From contig CBDCGL010000011.1 in the NCBI GenBank assembly GCA_965216755.1, positions 4,480,001 to 4,544,000 on the forward strand: a stretch of 64,000 nt of DNA. The letters run 5' to 3'. A program made the translations under genes and the position numbers. Origin of the DNA: Alphaproteobacteria bacterium. Its GTDB lineage: Bacteria; Pseudomonadota; Alphaproteobacteria; UBA7887. This document shows, one piece after another, positions 1 through 9,565 of this stretch (positions within the stretch are counted from its first letter, which is position 1; each line of letters begins with the position of its first letter). A model generated the notes under the pieces. The model saw only the letters and a program-made list of their open reading frames with translations, ran no database searches and was not told the origin of the DNA.

Positions 1-210
1 ATGTTTTGGCCGCAGCTGCCGTCAGCGAGCCGGCCTTAGCCCAATCAGCAGGCGTATGCCGCGACCGCTCTCGCTTTATTGCGAGAGCGGTCGCTTTCTT
101 CACGATTTCGTGATCCCATGCCGCATAAGCTACAACAGCGTCCAATGTTGCATTGTGGCATTTACCGCACTATGCGCCGCAATCGCAAAATTCATAATTT
201 TGAGCGACCT

Positions 211-996
211 ATGACAATCGATCTGCTTCTCATTCATGGCATGTGTACGACCGGGCGTTTTTGGGACCCTTTTGGCGCTTCTCTAGCCGCCGCGGGTTTT
301 CGGATCCACGCGCCCACTTTACGTCACCATAAACGCCTATCCGAGGGGTCGCCGGATCCACGTTTGGGCATGGTCAGCTTGCGCGACTATGTCGAAGACC
401 TCGAAGGGCTGATCGCCGATATGGATGCCAAGCCGATCATTATCGGCCATTCCATGGGCGGTCTCTTGGCACAGAAATTGGCGGCCAGAGACCGGGCGCG
501 GGCGCTGGTGCTGCTGGCGCCGGCGCCACCGACCGGTGTTTTCGCCTTGTCACCATCGTCATTCATGACCTTCGCCAGCTATTTGCGCCACCCCTTGGCA
601 TGGATGCAGCCTTTTGTGCCGACGCGGGCCGAGGCGACCTATGGTGTCTTGAATGCCCTTGAAGAGGATCGGCACGAGGTGGTTTATGCCGAGCGCGCCC
701 ACGAGTCCGGCCGCGCTGTCTGGGAAATCGGCTTTTGGTGGTTGGATCCCTTGCGCGCGGCCTATGTTGAGCGCAGTGCCGTGCGGTGCCCTATTTTGGC
801 TTGCGCCGGCGGTCGCGACCGCGCCGCACCGCCGTCATTGGTTCATCGCATCGCAGCCCGCTACCCTCAGTCCGAGGTTCGCGATTATCCAGACCGTGGC
901 CATTTGATGGTTGTCGAACCGGGTTGGCCCGAAATTGCCGCGGATATTACCGAGTGGATTAAGGCGCTGCCGCCGCAGGCATCAACACACGATTGA
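211..996 (+). CDS. alpha/beta-fold hydrolase
   Basis: HG oxyanion motif (LIHGM), nucleophile elbow GHSMGG, downstream Asp (GRDR) and His (RGH). Start placed at ATG 211, not the ORF-track start at 79. Confidence 0.85.
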   Translation: MTIDLLLIHGMCTTGRFWDPFGASLAAAGFRIHAPTLRHHKRLSEGSPDPRLGMVSLRDYVEDLEGLIADMDAKPIIIGHSMGGLLAQKLAARDRARALVLLAPAPPTGVFALSPSSFMTFASYLRHPLAWMQPFVPTRAEATYGVLNALEEDRHEVVYAERAHESGRAVWEIGFWWLDPLRAAYVERSAVRCPILACAGGRDRAAPPSLVHRIAARYPQSEVRDYPDRGHLMVVEPGWPEIAADITEWIKALPPQASTHD

Positions 997-1675
997 ACAA
1001 TCCGAGGGTTCGCCTCATGGCCTGGGCCGCCGATTCCGCGTGGTGGGGTGGGTAGCCGGCCCGATTGAACCCATGCTCGGTGCCCGGATAGACAAAAATC
1101 TCAACATCCGGTCTGGCGCCCATCCGGTCTTTCACGGCGGCCACGGCGTCGGGCGGCACATGTGAATCGTTTTCGGCAAAATGGAAGATCATCGGGCACT
1201 TGATCTGTTCGGCTTCTTCCAAATAGGCGTCGATCTTGACACCGTAGTAACTGACCGCCGCGTCGACGCCCAACCGCGCGGCACACAAAAAAGCGAGCTT
1301 TCCGCCCAGACAAAAACCAGTGGCGCCGACCAGCCCGGTGCATTCGGGCCGGGCCTTGAGCGCGGTCACGCAGCGGCCGAGATCTTCAACCAGTCGATCA
1401 ACGTGAAGCTCGGCATTGAGGGCGCGCGCCTTCGTCCGGCCGTCATCGGTGTAGGGAAGGTAAGTATCTGGTTCGAGACGCCAAAACACGTCCGGCGCCA
1501 ATGTCACGTAGCCCTGTGCCGCGAACCCATCCGCGACCGAACGGATATGATCATTGCTGTTGAAGATTTCCGGCAACACCAAAAGTCCGGGGCCCACGCC
1601 GCCTGGCGGCGTCGCAATGTGTGCGGAAAACGCGCCGCCATCATCGGCTTGGACTGAGATTTGGCTACGTGACAT
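959..1675 (-). CDS. dienelactone hydrolase family protein
   Basis: PEIF, GFCLGG nucleophile motif, AENDSHV, and YPGTEHGF. Start placed at ATG 1675, just downstream of the amidase stop. Confidence 0.9.
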   Translation of the reverse strand: MSRSQISVQADDGGAFSAHIATPPGGVGPGLLVLPEIFNSNDHIRSVADGFAAQGYVTLAPDVFWRLEPDTYLPYTDDGRTKARALNAELHVDRLVEDLGRCVTALKARPECTGLVGATGFCLGGKLAFLCAARLGVDAAVSYYGVKIDAYLEEAEQIKCPMIFHFAENDSHVPPDAVAAVKDRMGARPDVEIFVYPGTEHGFNRAGYPPHHAESAAQAMRRTLGLFNRVLMPAAAAP

Positions 1676-1686
1676 GGGGCTATCCG

Positions 1687-3126
1687 CTAGTCGTTGACCG
1701 GTTTTGCAGGTTTCGGGTCGATCGGCACCTGGTTGGCGAGGCCCGTGGTCGCTTCGAACGCCGCCGCCGCCGATAGCAACGCCGCTTCGCCATGATGTCG
1801 ACCAACCATTTGTAGGCCAACGGGTCGCCCGTCCGCAGTAATGCCACATGGCACTGATATCGCCGGGCAACTGGTCAGCGTAATGGCGCCGCAGATCAAG
1901 AGCCAATCGGTGTAGTTGGGTAAGGCGACGCCGTTGACGCGGTTCGGCCAGCGGATTTCACAGTCGAACGGTGGCACGACGGCGGCCGGGCACAGGAGCA
2001 GGTCATACTTCTCAAAAAACGCCACAGATCGTTGAAATATCACGGCTCTCTGGCGTTCGCCGCGGATCACGTCTTCGGCCGTCAGCGCCAAGCCGGCTTC
2101 AATATTCCAGATCACTTCGGGCTTTAGAGCGTCGCGATGATCGGGCAAAAGGTCACCTTTCGTGCCAACAAACAGCGCCGCCCGCAACAGGTGGAAGCAT
2201 TCGGCCGCCTCGCTGAAGTCGGGACAGGCTTCCTCGACCACCGCGCCGAGCTCTTGGAACTTCACCGCCGCCTGGCGGCAGATGTCAGCCACTTCCGGTG
2301 TGACGGGCGTGATCCCTAAGTCAGGGCTGAACGCGACCCGCACCGGCGATTTGGGTGCGTCGACACTGGCCACGAAGGGTGTCGCGGGTTCGGTCATCGA
2401 CAGCGGGTCGCGTCGATCGCGGCCGGCCATGGCATCCAGCATTAGCGCCACGTCGCCGACCGAACGGCCCATCGGCCCGTCCACGGCCAAACTCTGAAAC
2501 GGCAATGGACCTGGGCCATGGGCGACCCGGCCGGGGCTGGGTCGTAGGCCAACCACGGAACAGAAGCTGGCCGGATTGCGCAAGCTGCCGCCCAGATCGC
2601 TGCCACTTGCCAGCCACGCCTGGCCGGCGGCGAGCGCGGCCGCGGCGCCGCCCGACGATCCGCCTGGCGTGAGCGCTGTATTCCAAGGGTTGCGCGTCGG
2701 CCCGAATACTTCGTTGAATGTTTGCGAACCGGCGCCGAATTCGGGCGTATTGGATTTGCCGATTACCACGCCGCCACGGCTCTCGAGGTGTTCGACCGCA
2801 TAATCGCTGTGCGGCGAGACATGGTCGGCATAGATCGGCGAGCCGAAGGTGGTGCGCACGCCTTCAACTTCGTTCAGGTCCTTGATCGGCAAGGGTAGTC
2901 CGTACAGTTGGCCGGGCTCATCTTCCGCCGGTTGCTGCATGATCGCCTTGGCCCGATCGCGGGCGCGATCCAAGCACAGTGTGGGCAGGGCGTTAACGGC
3001 GCTGTCGGTCGCTTCGATCCGTGCGGCAGCAGCATCGATCAGCTCCAGCGGCGATACCGCGCCGGACTTAAGCAAGGCAACCACTTCGCGTGCACTCTTT
3101 CGAATCAGCTCATCCATGTGTGTCAT
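1687..3126 (-). CDS. amidase signature family protein
   Basis: Catalytic Lys in GLPLPIKDL, plus GGSSGG and GSDLGGSLRNPA (Ser-cisSer-Lys triad). Confidence 0.95.
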   Translation of the reverse strand: MTHMDELIRKSAREVVALLKSGAVSPLELIDAAAARIEATDSAVNALPTLCLDRARDRAKAIMQQPAEDEPGQLYGLPLPIKDLNEVEGVRTTFGSPIYADHVSPHSDYAVEHLESRGGVVIGKSNTPEFGAGSQTFNEVFGPTRNPWNTALTPGGSSGGAAAALAAGQAWLASGSDLGGSLRNPASFCSVVGLRPSPGRVAHGPGPLPFQSLAVDGPMGRSVGDVALMLDAMAGRDRRDPLSMTEPATPFVASVDAPKSPVRVAFSPDLGITPVTPEVADICRQAAVKFQELGAVVEEACPDFSEAAECFHLLRAALFVGTKGDLLPDHRDALKPEVIWNIEAGLALTAEDVIRGERQRAVIFQRSVAFFEKYDLLLCPAAVVPPFDCEIRWPNRVNGVALPNYTDWLLICGAITLTSCPAISVPCGITADGRPVGLQMVGRHHGEAALLSAAAAFEATTGLANQVPIDPKPAKPVND

Positions 3127-3135
3127 GCCTCTCGC

Positions 3136-3873
3136 TCAATGGCGGCCGCCGGAAACGTCCATAACCGTGCCGACGCAATATGATGCTTTGTCGGACGCCA
3201 TCCACACAACGGCTTCGGCAATTTCATTTGGCTCCGCCATGCGTTTGATCGGGATAGTGGGTGGGATCGAAGCCACATTGTCCGCCGGGTTGATATCCGT
3301 GTCGGTCATGCCGGCGCGAACTGCGTTGACGCGTATGCCGTGATCAATCGCCTCTTTGGCCAGGCCCAAGGTAAATGTGTCGATGGCGGCCTTGCTGGCC
3401 GCGTAATGAACCCAATTGAAAGCACCGCCATGATGGACGGCGATAGACGAAACATTGACGATGACGCCGCCGCCGTGGCCGCGTTGGGTCGACATGCGCT
3501 TGAACGCTTCGCGGGCGCACAAGAAGTACCCAAATACATTGATGCGAAAGACTTCGTCGAGATCGGCGGCGTTGATTTCTGATACCAGACAGCGGCGGCC
3601 AACAATTCCGGCGTTGTTGATCAGCGTCGTGACCGGTCCGAGCTGTTGGTCGCAGGTCTCGAACAGGCGAAGGATCTCATCCTCGTGGGCGACATCGGCT
3701 TGCACCGCGACGGCCGTGCCGCCGGCCGCATTGATGTCGGCGACAACGGCTTCTGCGTGGGAATGGTTGCGGGCATAGTTGACGCAAACCGCAAAACCGT
3801 CTGTGGCACCGCGCTTAGCGATGGCCGCGCCGATGCCACGACCGGCGCCCGTGACGATCATAACCCCGCTCAT
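3136..3873 (-). CDS. short-chain dehydrogenase/reductase
   Basis: TGAGRGIG Rossmann motif, NNAG, and YAASK. ATG overlaps the upstream gene stop (ATGA). Confidence 0.93.
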   Translation of the reverse strand: MSGVMIVTGAGRGIGAAIAKRGATDGFAVCVNYARNHSHAEAVVADINAAGGTAVAVQADVAHEDEILRLFETCDQQLGPVTTLINNAGIVGRRCLVSEINAADLDEVFRINVFGYFLCAREAFKRMSTQRGHGGGVIVNVSSIAVHHGGAFNWVHYAASKAAIDTFTLGLAKEAIDHGIRVNAVRAGMTDTDINPADNVASIPPTIPIKRMAEPNEIAEAVVWMASDKASYCVGTVMDVSGGRH

Positions 3874-5054
3874 GTTTCTGCCCTTGCCAGGTGGGCGATA
3901 GCGGCGTCGACACCGCCGGCGCCGTGGGGCACGCCACACGCGCGCAATGATGCCTCAATACAGCCGAGGGTGCCCAGGATCATCGGTTCGTTCAAATCCC
4001 CCAAATGTCCGATCCGGAAGACCCGGCCGGCGAGCCGCAACAGGCCACCGCCGAGCACGACATTGTATCCGTCGGCGCAATGCGCCTTGACTTGGTTGGC
4101 GTCATGGCCCTCGGGCATCAATACAGCGGTGACCGAGTCTGAATGTTCGGCTGGATCGCACGATAGTAGATCCGGGCCTCCGCCTTGGCTCCAGGCGCGG
4201 ACCGCGCATCGGGTCGCTTCGGCCAACCGATGGTGACGCTGGAATACACCATCAAGCGTCTCCTCCAGCAACATGACGAGTGCCTCGCGCAATCCGAACA
4301 TCATGTTGATGGCCGGGGTACAAGGAAAGGTGACGGTCTTGCCGTCGGGCAACATTGTCCGCCAGTCCCAATAGCTGCGCGGCAATCGTCGCGATTGCGC
4401 GGCAGCCAACGCGTTCGGGCTGACTCCGGTAAAACTCAGTCCAGGTGGCAACATCAGTCCCTTTTGCGAGCCACCGACAGCTACGTCGACGCGCCATTCG
4501 TCCATGCGAAAATCCATCGACGCCAGCGAAGAGATCGTATCGACCAGAAACAAGGCCGGATGTTTGGCCGCGTCGATGGCCGCGCGGACCGCGGCACAAC
4601 GGCTCACTATGCCGGTTGAGGTTTCGTTGTGCACCAAGGCGACGGCTTTGATTTCGTAGTCGTTATCTTGGGCCAAATGGGCTTCGACCGCGGCTGGGTC
4701 GGCGCCGTGGCGCCAATCGCCGGGCAAATAGTCGACGCGGATACCGAACGCTTCGGCCATCTCTTTCCACCAACCGGAAAATGCGCCGGTTTCGGGTATC
4801 ACGATGCGATCGCCTGCCGCGCAGATGTTGGTTAGCGCGGCTTCCCAGGCGCCATGCCCGGCCGACGGATAGATTAAGACCGGATGTTCAGTCTGAAAAA
4901 TTTGTTTTATGTCAGAGAGCACCTGGGCACTCAACGCACGGAATTCCGGGCCACGGTGGTCGACGGCGGCGCGGTCCATAGCACGAAGAATCCGGTCCGG
5001 CATATTGGTGGGGCCGGGGGTATGAAGGAACTGGCGTCCGCGTTGAGGTGACAC
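3870..5054 (-). CDS. class V PLP aminotransferase (serine/alanine-glyoxylate aminotransferase-like)
   Basis: FLHTPGPTN, VHNETSTG, DTISSL, PLP lysine in GSQKGLMLPPG, and FRIGHLG. Start uncertain (GTG 5054 or ATG 5099). Confidence 0.9.
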   Translation of the reverse strand: MSPQRGRQFLHTPGPTNMPDRILRAMDRAAVDHRGPEFRALSAQVLSDIKQIFQTEHPVLIYPSAGHGAWEAALTNICAAGDRIVIPETGAFSGWWKEMAEAFGIRVDYLPGDWRHGADPAAVEAHLAQDNDYEIKAVALVHNETSTGIVSRCAAVRAAIDAAKHPALFLVDTISSLASMDFRMDEWRVDVAVGGSQKGLMLPPGLSFTGVSPNALAAAQSRRLPRSYWDWRTMLPDGKTVTFPCTPAINMMFGLREALVMLLEETLDGVFQRHHRLAEATRCAVRAWSQGGGPDLLSCDPAEHSDSVTAVLMPEGHDANQVKAHCADGYNVVLGGGLLRLAGRVFRIGHLGDLNEPMILGTLGCIEASLRACGVPHGAGGVDAAIAHLARAET

Positions 5055-5105
5055 GATTTCGATTGGCCTTGACTGATGAGCTGTTAGGGTGCGCAGCATA
5101 GCGAC

Positions 5106-8006
5106 ATGACGACTGATGTAGCAGAACGGATCAAGCTCGGCGATAGTCGCCTTGCGCGACGACTGCGTGGCGCAATCGCCGGCGACGTCTTGTTTGACCG
5201 GTTCAGCCGCGGGCGCCATGCGACCGATGCGTCGATCTATCAGATTGAACCTGTGGGCGTGGTCGTGCCACGGCATCGCGACGACGTAGCCGCGGTCATC
5301 GACATCGCCGCCAACGAAGGCGTCGCCGTTTTGCCGAGGGGCGGCGGGACATCGCAATGCGGCCAGACGGTCGGGCGCGCGCTGGTCGTCGATATGTCAA
5401 AGCATTTCAACCAGGTGACCGCGCTCAATCCGGACGCCGCGACTGTTTCGGTCGAGCCGGGATTGGTGCTCGATCAGCTCAACGCGACGCTGCGGCCGCA
5501 CGGCTTGATGTTCCCGGTTGATGTTTCGACGGCCAATCGGGCCACGATCGGTGGCATGGCCGGCAACAACTCATGCGGCGCGCGCTCCATTCGTTACGGC
5601 AACATGGTGCACAATGTGCGGGCCATCGACGCGATATTGAGCGATGGGGCACAGATCCGCTTTGGGTCTGTGCCGGGCAACCTGGACGGCTTGGCCGACG
5701 CGCCGCGTTATGCGGCGTTGGTTCAAGACATGCGCGCCCTGCATGCGCGCGAAGCAGACGAGATCGCTGCCAAATGGCCAAAGCTGCTGCGCCGCGTTGG
5801 CGGCTATAACATCGATAGCATCGCGTCGACCGGCCACAATATGGCCGACCTTTTAGTCGGCTCCGAGGGCACGCTCGGTTTCTTTACGGAGATCGAGCTC
5901 GATCTGAAACCGATCCCGCCGCACACGACATTGGGCGTGTGCCATTTTCCCAGCCTCCATCAGGCCATGGCGGCGACGCGGCAGATTGTCACATTGGATC
6001 CCGACGCGGTCGAATTGGCCGATCGCACCATGATCGATTTGGCGCGTGATCGACCGCTTTATCGGAACACAATTGAGCGGTTTGTGCGCGGTGAGCCGGC
6101 CGCCCTGCTTCTGGTCGAGTTTACCGGAGAGACGGAGGAGGGGCCGCGTCGCCAGCTGCGGCGATTGGTCACCATGATGGCCGACCTCGGTTTTCCCGGC
6201 GCGGTTGTCGAAGCCCATGACAAGGACTTCCAAAAAGCGGTATGGGACGTTCGCAAGGCCGCGCTGAACATCATGATGTCTATGAAGGGCGATGGCAAAC
6301 CGGTCTCGTTCATCGAAGACTGCGCCGTGTCACTCGAGGATCTGCCAGACTATACGGATCGGCTGACACAACTGTTTGCGAAACACGGGACAACGGGCAC
6401 GTGGTATGCGCACGCGTCGGTGGGTTGTCTCCATGTGCGCCCGATATTGAATATGAAAGATCCGTCGGCCGCGTCGACCATGCGTGCCATCGCGGAAGAA
6501 GCCTTCGCGATCGTGCGCGAATATCAGGGCGCGCATTCCGGCGAGCATGGCGATGGCATCGTTCGCTCAGAATTTCACGAAGAAATGTTTGGGTCGCGTT
6601 TGGCGCGCGCGTTCGAGACTGTCAAGGATCGATTTGATCCGGCGGGGCTTTTCAATCCCGGCAAAATCGTGCGTCCGGAACGCATGGACGACCGGTCGCT
6701 TTTCCGTTACGGCCCTGCCTATCGGCCACGACCCCATGAGGCGGTGCTGGATTGGTCCGAATGGGGCGGCTTCTTGCCGGCGGTGGAGATGTGCAACAAC
6801 AACGGCGCTTGTCGAAAGGCGTCGGCCGGCGTGATGTGCCCGTCATTTCGGGCCACGGGCGATGAGCAGCATGTCACCCGCGGTCGCGCCAATACGTTAC
6901 GGCTTGCGCTCAGCGGACAATTGGGACCCGACGCCCTGCGCTCTGATGGCGTCGCCGCCGCGTTCGATCTGTGCCTGAGTTGCAAGGGGTGTCGGCGCGA
7001 ATGCCCGACTGGCGTCGACATGGCACGGATGAAAATCGAAGTGGCTCACGCCCGACGACAAGTCAGAAGCCCGAGTCTGCGCGACCGCTTGATCGGTTTT
7101 TTGCCACGCTATGCGTCGTGGGCGAGTCGGTTTGGGCCCATCATCAATCGCCTCAATGGCTTGGCTTGGCTGCGACGACTGGTCGGCTTCGCCCACCAGC
7201 GTCCATTGCCGCGCTGGCACGTTGATCCGTTCAAGGGCGCGACATTCGCCGGCGACCCCGATCCTGACCTGGTTCTGTTTGTCGATACGTTCAATTGCTG
7301 GTTTTCGCCGGATGTGGCGCGCGCGGCGGTCAAGGTCCTGCGCGCGGCCGGTTATCGGGTCGCGATTGCGTGTGGTCGGGGGCGGCGACCTCTGTGCTGT
7401 GGTCGGACTTTCCTGTCGGCAGGGATGATCGACGACGCGCGCCGCGAAATGCGTCGGTCGATAACGGCTTTGGCGCCCTATGCGGTTCGGGGGCTGCCGA
7501 TTGTTGGCCTGGAACCGTCGTGCTTGTTCACCCTGCGCGATGAGTTGGTCGCTCTGTTGCCGGGGCCGCATGCCCAGGCGCTCGCAGACCATGCGGTTCT
7601 GTTTGACCAGTTTGTCGCCAACGAGCGCCGAGCCGGCCGTTTCGATGTGCCATTGCGTGATCATGCGACTGGGACCGCTGTCGCACACACCCACTGTCAT
7701 CAAAAAGCATTTGAAGCAGCCGACGCAACTGCCGATGCTTTGGACGTGATCCCAAATTTGGATGTGCAGGCGATCGGCGGCACCTGCTGTGGCATGGCGG
7801 GGGCCTTTGGCTATGAGGCGGAACACTATGATTTGTCGATGAGGATCGGCGCGCTTGACGTCTTGCCGAGGGTGGCTGCAGCGGGTCCGAAGGCGACCAT
7901 TGTCGCAAATGGAATCAGCTGCCGTCATCAGATTGCGGACGGCACTGGCCGGTCGCCCAAACACGTCGCGGAAGTGCTTGCCGCGGCGATCGATCAGCGC
8001 GCCTGA
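5106..8006 (+). CDS. FAD-linked oxidase fused to Fe-S/CCG domains (GlcD+GlcF / YdiJ-like 2-hydroxyacid dehydrogenase)
   Basis: RGGGTSQCGQ, GSEGTLG, SGEHGDG, CNNNGAC, CLSCKGCRRECP, two CCG motifs, and HCHQK. Confidence 0.9.
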   Translation: MTTDVAERIKLGDSRLARRLRGAIAGDVLFDRFSRGRHATDASIYQIEPVGVVVPRHRDDVAAVIDIAANEGVAVLPRGGGTSQCGQTVGRALVVDMSKHFNQVTALNPDAATVSVEPGLVLDQLNATLRPHGLMFPVDVSTANRATIGGMAGNNSCGARSIRYGNMVHNVRAIDAILSDGAQIRFGSVPGNLDGLADAPRYAALVQDMRALHAREADEIAAKWPKLLRRVGGYNIDSIASTGHNMADLLVGSEGTLGFFTEIELDLKPIPPHTTLGVCHFPSLHQAMAATRQIVTLDPDAVELADRTMIDLARDRPLYRNTIERFVRGEPAALLLVEFTGETEEGPRRQLRRLVTMMADLGFPGAVVEAHDKDFQKAVWDVRKAALNIMMSMKGDGKPVSFIEDCAVSLEDLPDYTDRLTQLFAKHGTTGTWYAHASVGCLHVRPILNMKDPSAASTMRAIAEEAFAIVREYQGAHSGEHGDGIVRSEFHEEMFGSRLARAFETVKDRFDPAGLFNPGKIVRPERMDDRSLFRYGPAYRPRPHEAVLDWSEWGGFLPAVEMCNNNGACRKASAGVMCPSFRATGDEQHVTRGRANTLRLALSGQLGPDALRSDGVAAAFDLCLSCKGCRRECPTGVDMARMKIEVAHARRQVRSPSLRDRLIGFLPRYASWASRFGPIINRLNGLAWLRRLVGFAHQRPLPRWHVDPFKGATFAGDPDPDLVLFVDTFNCWFSPDVARAAVKVLRAAGYRVAIACGRGRRPLCCGRTFLSAGMIDDARREMRRSITALAPYAVRGLPIVGLEPSCLFTLRDELVALLPGPHAQALADHAVLFDQFVANERRAGRFDVPLRDHATGTAVAHTHCHQKAFEAADATADALDVIPNLDVQAIGGTCCGMAGAFGYEAEHYDLSMRIGALDVLPRVAAAGPKATIVANGISCRHQIADGTGRSPKHVAEVLAAAIDQRA

Positions 8007-8039
8007 GGGAGATCATCCGACCCCGGGAAAGGCACAACG

Positions 8040-8585
8040 ATGCACTTGAGATGGATGTTTTTCGGCATTTTCCTTGCCGCGGCGCCGATCCTTGCCGGGT
8101 GTGCCGGGCGCGCGGTGGTTCCGCCCAAACCAACGCCGCCGGTCGTCAAGCCCGAGGTTTTGACTGAATCCGAGCGGTTCTGCCGGGCACTTGATCAAAT
8201 ACTGGCGGCACAGGAGGACGACTTTGTCTCCTTGCGTGGCCGGCCGCTGGGGCGGGATTCATGGGCGGCGGCGCTCCTGCTGCCGCGCACCCAGCGCTGC
8301 TTGGTGCGGACCGTAACCGGGCCGGAATTTGAGTGTCGTGGCGCCGATGCCCAATGGTCCGATCAAGCAGCGTTGAAATCGGAATTTCAGCATTTGGAGG
8401 CGTTGCTGGACCATTGTTTGGTCTACGATGCTGGCGAGGGATCCGCCTGGTACGCGTCGGCCCTGAACGACAATCCACCAGGTTTTGCGAAATTTTACAA
8501 AAACGGCCGCCGGCAAGTCTTTGTGACAACCAGCCAGGATGTGCAGTCAAAAAGATATTTCAATACGATAAAGATACATTATTAA
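8040..8585 (+). CDS. hypothetical lipoprotein
   Basis: Hydrophobic N-terminus ending in the lipobox LAGC, then a Pro-rich linker and several Cys. No family recognised. Confidence 0.6.
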   Translation: MHLRWMFFGIFLAAAPILAGCAGRAVVPPKPTPPVVKPEVLTESERFCRALDQILAAQEDDFVSLRGRPLGRDSWAAALLLPRTQRCLVRTVTGPEFECRGADAQWSDQAALKSEFQHLEALLDHCLVYDAGEGSAWYASALNDNPPGFAKFYKNGRRQVFVTTSQDVQSKRYFNTIKIHY

Positions 8586-8689
8586 AGTATGAAATAAGGA
8601 TCGGGCCATAGAAGAGTAAGTAATTTGTATAAAATGTGATATTGTCACCCAAGTGTGTGAGGGGCGTGGCACATGGGGAACGACCGGAA

Positions 8690-9412
8690 TTGAAACGCTC
8701 GCCTTTCAAGAATTTTTCGCCGTTGGCGTGGCCCTATCTTTTGATGGCTGCCCTGGCGGCCACGCTGATGTTCGCATCCCAGATTTTTGGTGCCGCGGCA
8801 GCGGAAACGCTGGGCGCCGAGACTGTTCGTCACGTCCAAGTCGCATTGCTGGCGCGCGGCTATGACCCTGGCCCCAGTGATGGCGCATTGGGGTCGCGCA
8901 CGCGCGGCGCCGTGAAGAGTTTTCAGGCTGCGTCTGGCCTGGACCCGACCGGTATAGTCACGGAGGATGTTTTACGCCGGCTCGGGATTGAGCCGCCGCC
9001 GCCACCGCAGTTGATCCGGGCGGTCCAATTGGCCTTGGCGAAACGTGGCTATGACCCCGGTCCGGCCGACGGCACCATGGGGCGGAAAACGCGCCAGGCC
9101 GTAACCAGCTATCAAAGCGACAACGATCTACCCGTCAGTGGCCGCGTGACAATGTGGCTGGTCAACCATTTGGGCATGGATGTGCCCGACGTCGTTGCCA
9201 CGCGCAGACTCAAGGCCGAACTGGCGGCGCGGTCGCAAGCGCCACTTCGTTTGAGTGATACGCAGCTGCGCAGCTTGCATTGCTGGCCGGTCCTGTCCTT
9301 ACCGACAAGCGATGAACCTTGTCCGGAATCCGAAAGATCGACGCTGCGCGATATGCGCTTGTTTATTGAGCCGGGCGCGCGCGCCGCATCGCCGACCGGT
9401 CCCACCAAATGA
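8690..9412 (+). CDS. secreted protein with two peptidoglycan-binding (PG_binding_1) domains
   Basis: Two repeats of VQxALxxRGYDPGPxDGxxGxxTRxAVxSFQ/YQ after a signal-like segment. Start uncertain (8636, 8690 or 8744). Confidence 0.82.
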   Translation: MKRSPFKNFSPLAWPYLLMAALAATLMFASQIFGAAAAETLGAETVRHVQVALLARGYDPGPSDGALGSRTRGAVKSFQAASGLDPTGIVTEDVLRRLGIEPPPPPQLIRAVQLALAKRGYDPGPADGTMGRKTRQAVTSYQSDNDLPVSGRVTMWLVNHLGMDVPDVVATRRLKAELAARSQAPLRLSDTQLRSLHCWPVLSLPTSDEPCPESERSTLRDMRLFIEPGARAASPTGPTK

Positions 9413-9565
9413 AACCGCACTGCCTGATCGGCCGCGCGCAAGGACGCCGATAACATCTGTCATCTTTCTGTGCGCAATCAATCGTGGCGCTGACACGTCT
9501 CTTATACGGGAGACGGCGCGCGCAGCCGTCGCTTTGCCGTGGAAGCTTGCCAGGAGGGGCGGTTC

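Noticed and set aside
8635-8649. TGTGA...TCACC as a CRP site
   Set aside because: The spacer is 5 bp rather than 6.
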